Shown: in pieces, positions 62,316 to 64,000 of the stretch
Position numbering within the stretch: position 1 is the first letter of the stretch
How the letters are laid out: every line of letters starts with the position of its first letter
Assembly (NCBI RefSeq): GCF_004353825.1
Contig: NZ_SMNA01000013.1
Span: 1-64,000 of the forward strand
Origin: Occultella glacieicola
Lineage (GTDB): Bacteria > Actinomycetota > Actinomycetes > Actinomycetales > Beutenbergiaceae
DNA length: 64,000 nucleotides
Reading direction: 5' to 3'
Translations under genes and position numbers: made by a program
The notes under the pieces: generated by a model
What the model was told of the DNA's origin: nothing
Seen by the model: the letters and a program-made list of their open reading frames with translations, nothing else
Databases searched by the model: none

Positions 62316-64000
62316 ATGACCAACCCGGCCGTCGCCGACCTCATCGCCCGGTCCAACCGCCTCGGCGCGGACCCGCGCAACACCAACTACGCCGGCGGGA
62401 ACACCTCCGCCAAGGGCACCGAGATCGACCCGGTCACCGGGGAGTCCGTGGAGCTGTGCTGGGTGAAGGGCTCCGGCGGAGACCTCGGCACCCTGAAGGA
62501 GTCCGGCCTGGCGGTGCTGCGTCTGGACCGGCTGCGCGCCCTGACCGGCGTGTACCCGGGCGTGGACCGCGAGGACGAGATGGTCGCCGCGTTCGACTAC
62601 TGCCTGCACGGCAAGGGCGGGGCCGCGCCGAGCATCGACACCGCGATGCACGGGCTCGTCGACGCCGCCCACGTGGACCACCTCCACCCCGACTCCGGCA
62701 TCGCGATCGCCACCGCCGCCGACGGCGAGCAGCTCACCGCCACGATCTTCGGCGACCGGGTGGTCTGGGTCCCGTGGCGTCGCCCCGGCTTCCAGCTCGG
62801 CCTGGACATCGCCGCCATCAAGGAGGCGAACCCGGCCGCGATCGGCTGCATCCTCGGCGGCCACGGCATCACCGCCTGGGGGGAGACCTCCGAGCAGGCC
62901 GAGGCGAACTCCCTCGAGATCATCGCCACGGCCGAGGCCTACATCGCCGACCACGGCACGGCGAACCCATTCGGCGCCGTCGTGCCCGGCTACGAGGCGC
63001 TGCCCGAGACCGAGCGCCGCGCGAAGGCCGCCGCCCTGGCCCCCGCGATCCGGGGCATCGCCTCCGCCGACGCCCCCCAGGTGGGCCACTTCACCGACGC
63101 ACCCGAGGTCCTGGACTTCCTCGCCAGCGAGAAGCTCGGTCCGCTCGCGGCGCTGGGCACGTCCTGCCCGGACCACTTCCTGCGCACCAAGGTCAAGCCG
63201 CTCGTGGTCGACCTGCCCGCGGCCGCCCCCGTCGAGGACGTGCTCGCCCGCCTGGCCGAGCTGCACGAGGCCTACCGCGCCGACTACGCCGCCTACTACG
63301 ACCGGCACGCCACGCCGGACAGCCCGGCGATGAGGGGCGCCGACCCGGCGATCGTGCTGGTGCCGGGCGTCGGCATGTTCTCCTTCGGGAAGAACAAGCA
63401 GACCGCGCGCGTGGCCGGCGAGTTCTACGTCAACGCGATCAATGTGATGCGCGGCGCCGAGGCGCTGTCCAGCTACGCCCCGATCGAGGAGTCCGAGAAG
63501 TTCCGGATCGAGTACTGGGCCCTCGAGGAGGCCAAGCTCGCCCGGATGCCCAGGCCGAAGGCGCTCGCCACCCGGGTGGCCCTGGTCACCGGCGCCGGCT
63601 CTGGCATCGGCCGCGCGATCGCCGAGCGGCTCGCCGCCGAGGGTGCCTGCGTCGTCATCGCCGACCTCAACCTCGAGGGCGCGCAGGCCGTCGCCGCCGA
63701 GCTCGGCGGGCCGGACGTGGCCGTGGCCGTTCAGTGCGACGTCACCAGCGAGGAGCAGGTGTCCGCGCTCATCGACGCGGCGGCGCTCGCGTTCGGGGGC
63801 GTGGACCTGGTGGTCAACAACGCCGGCCTGTCCATCTCGAAGCCGCTGCTGGAGACCACGGTCAAGGACTGGGACATCCAGCACGACGTGATGGCCCGTG
63901 GCTCGTTCCTGGTGGCCCGCGAGGCCGCCCGCGCGCTGATCGCCCAGAAGCTCGGCGGCGACATCGTCTACATCGCGAGCAAGAACTCCCTGTTCGCCGG
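62316..64000 (+). CDS. rhaD: Bifunctional rhamnulose-1-phosphate aldolase / short-chain dehydrogenase (RhaEW/YuxG type), runs off the window
   Basis: My translation from ATG 62316: MTNPAVADLIARSNRLGADPRNTNYAGGNTSAKG...VKGSGGDLGT...PSIDTAMH...HVDHLHPD...CPDHFLRTK...EYWALEEAKL...ALVTGAGSGIG...VNNAG. No stop in the window, so absent from the ORF track. Confidence 0.93.
   Translation, partial: MTNPAVADLIARSNRLGADPRNTNYAGGNTSAKGTEIDPVTGESVELCWVKGSGGDLGTLKESGLAVLRLDRLRALTGVYPGVDREDEMVAAFDYCLHGKGGAAPSIDTAMHGLVDAAHVDHLHPDSGIAIATAADGEQLTATIFGDRVVWVPWRRPGFQLGLDIAAIKEANPAAIGCILGGHGITAWGETSEQAEANSLEIIATAEAYIADHGTANPFGAVVPGYEALPETERRAKAAALAPAIRGIASADAPQVGHFTDAPEVLDFLASEKLGPLAALGTSCPDHFLRTKVKPLVVDLPAAAPVEDVLARLAELHEAYRADYAAYYDRHATPDSPAMRGADPAIVLVPGVGMFSFGKNKQTARVAGEFYVNAINVMRGAEALSSYAPIEESEKFRIEYWALEEAKLARMPRPKALATRVALVTGAGSGIGRAIAERLAAEGACVVIADLNLEGAQAVAAELGGPDVAVAVQCDVTSEEQVSALIDAAALAFGGVDLVVNNAGLSISKPLLETTVKDWDIQHDVMARGSFLVAREAARALIAQKLGGDIVYIASKNSLFA

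Noticed and set aside
62202..63884. 560-aa minus-strand ORF, and similar ones at 11128-13557, 37831-40500 and 58899-60962
   Set aside because: Antisense shadows of well-supported genes with no recognisable motifs; expected at this GC content.

Overview
High-GC actinobacterial chromosome segment, probably Micrococcales (inferred from GC3 bias, Lsr2 and RhaI/RhaEW-type genes, and leaderless starts). It is almost entirely carbohydrate scavenging. In order: the 3' tail of a probable DEAD-box helicase; GH2 beta-galactosidase; an NhaA-thioredoxin fusion; a rhamnogalacturonan oligosaccharide operon (YesL, ABC, CE12, PL26-like lyase); an arabinose cluster (LacI, araBDA, Zn-dehydrogenase, GH27, two GH51); a small decayed accessory patch (AraC, RibD-like, RHH-Doc toxin-antitoxin pseudogene fused by deletion to a truncated ERCC4-Lsr2 gene); a beta-L-arabinofuranoside operon (two LacI, GH127, ABC, GH127/146-like); a 13-kb cell-wall amino-sugar salvage cluster (namZ, PIG-L deacylase, tandem GNAT, peptide-type ABC, nagZ, murQ, AmiE-like hydrolase, RpiR/MurR); and a rhamnose regulon (lldD, pyruvyl-transferase-like gene, LacI, Zn-dehydrogenase, IlvD/Edd dehydratase, rhaI, partial rhaEW). 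The best candidate for an undescribed system is the all-cytoplasmic muropeptide salvage cluster with its paired deacylase/acetyltransferase 'acyl-editing' module and no sugar kinase. Other notable items: an unannotated 23-aa coupled uORF containing a perfect operator palindrome, a rhamnose regulon extended by shared operators, and an orphan pyruvyl-transferase homolog. No rRNA, tRNA, CRISPR array, integrase or transposase was recognised. All calls come from motif recognition by eye; no database searches were run.
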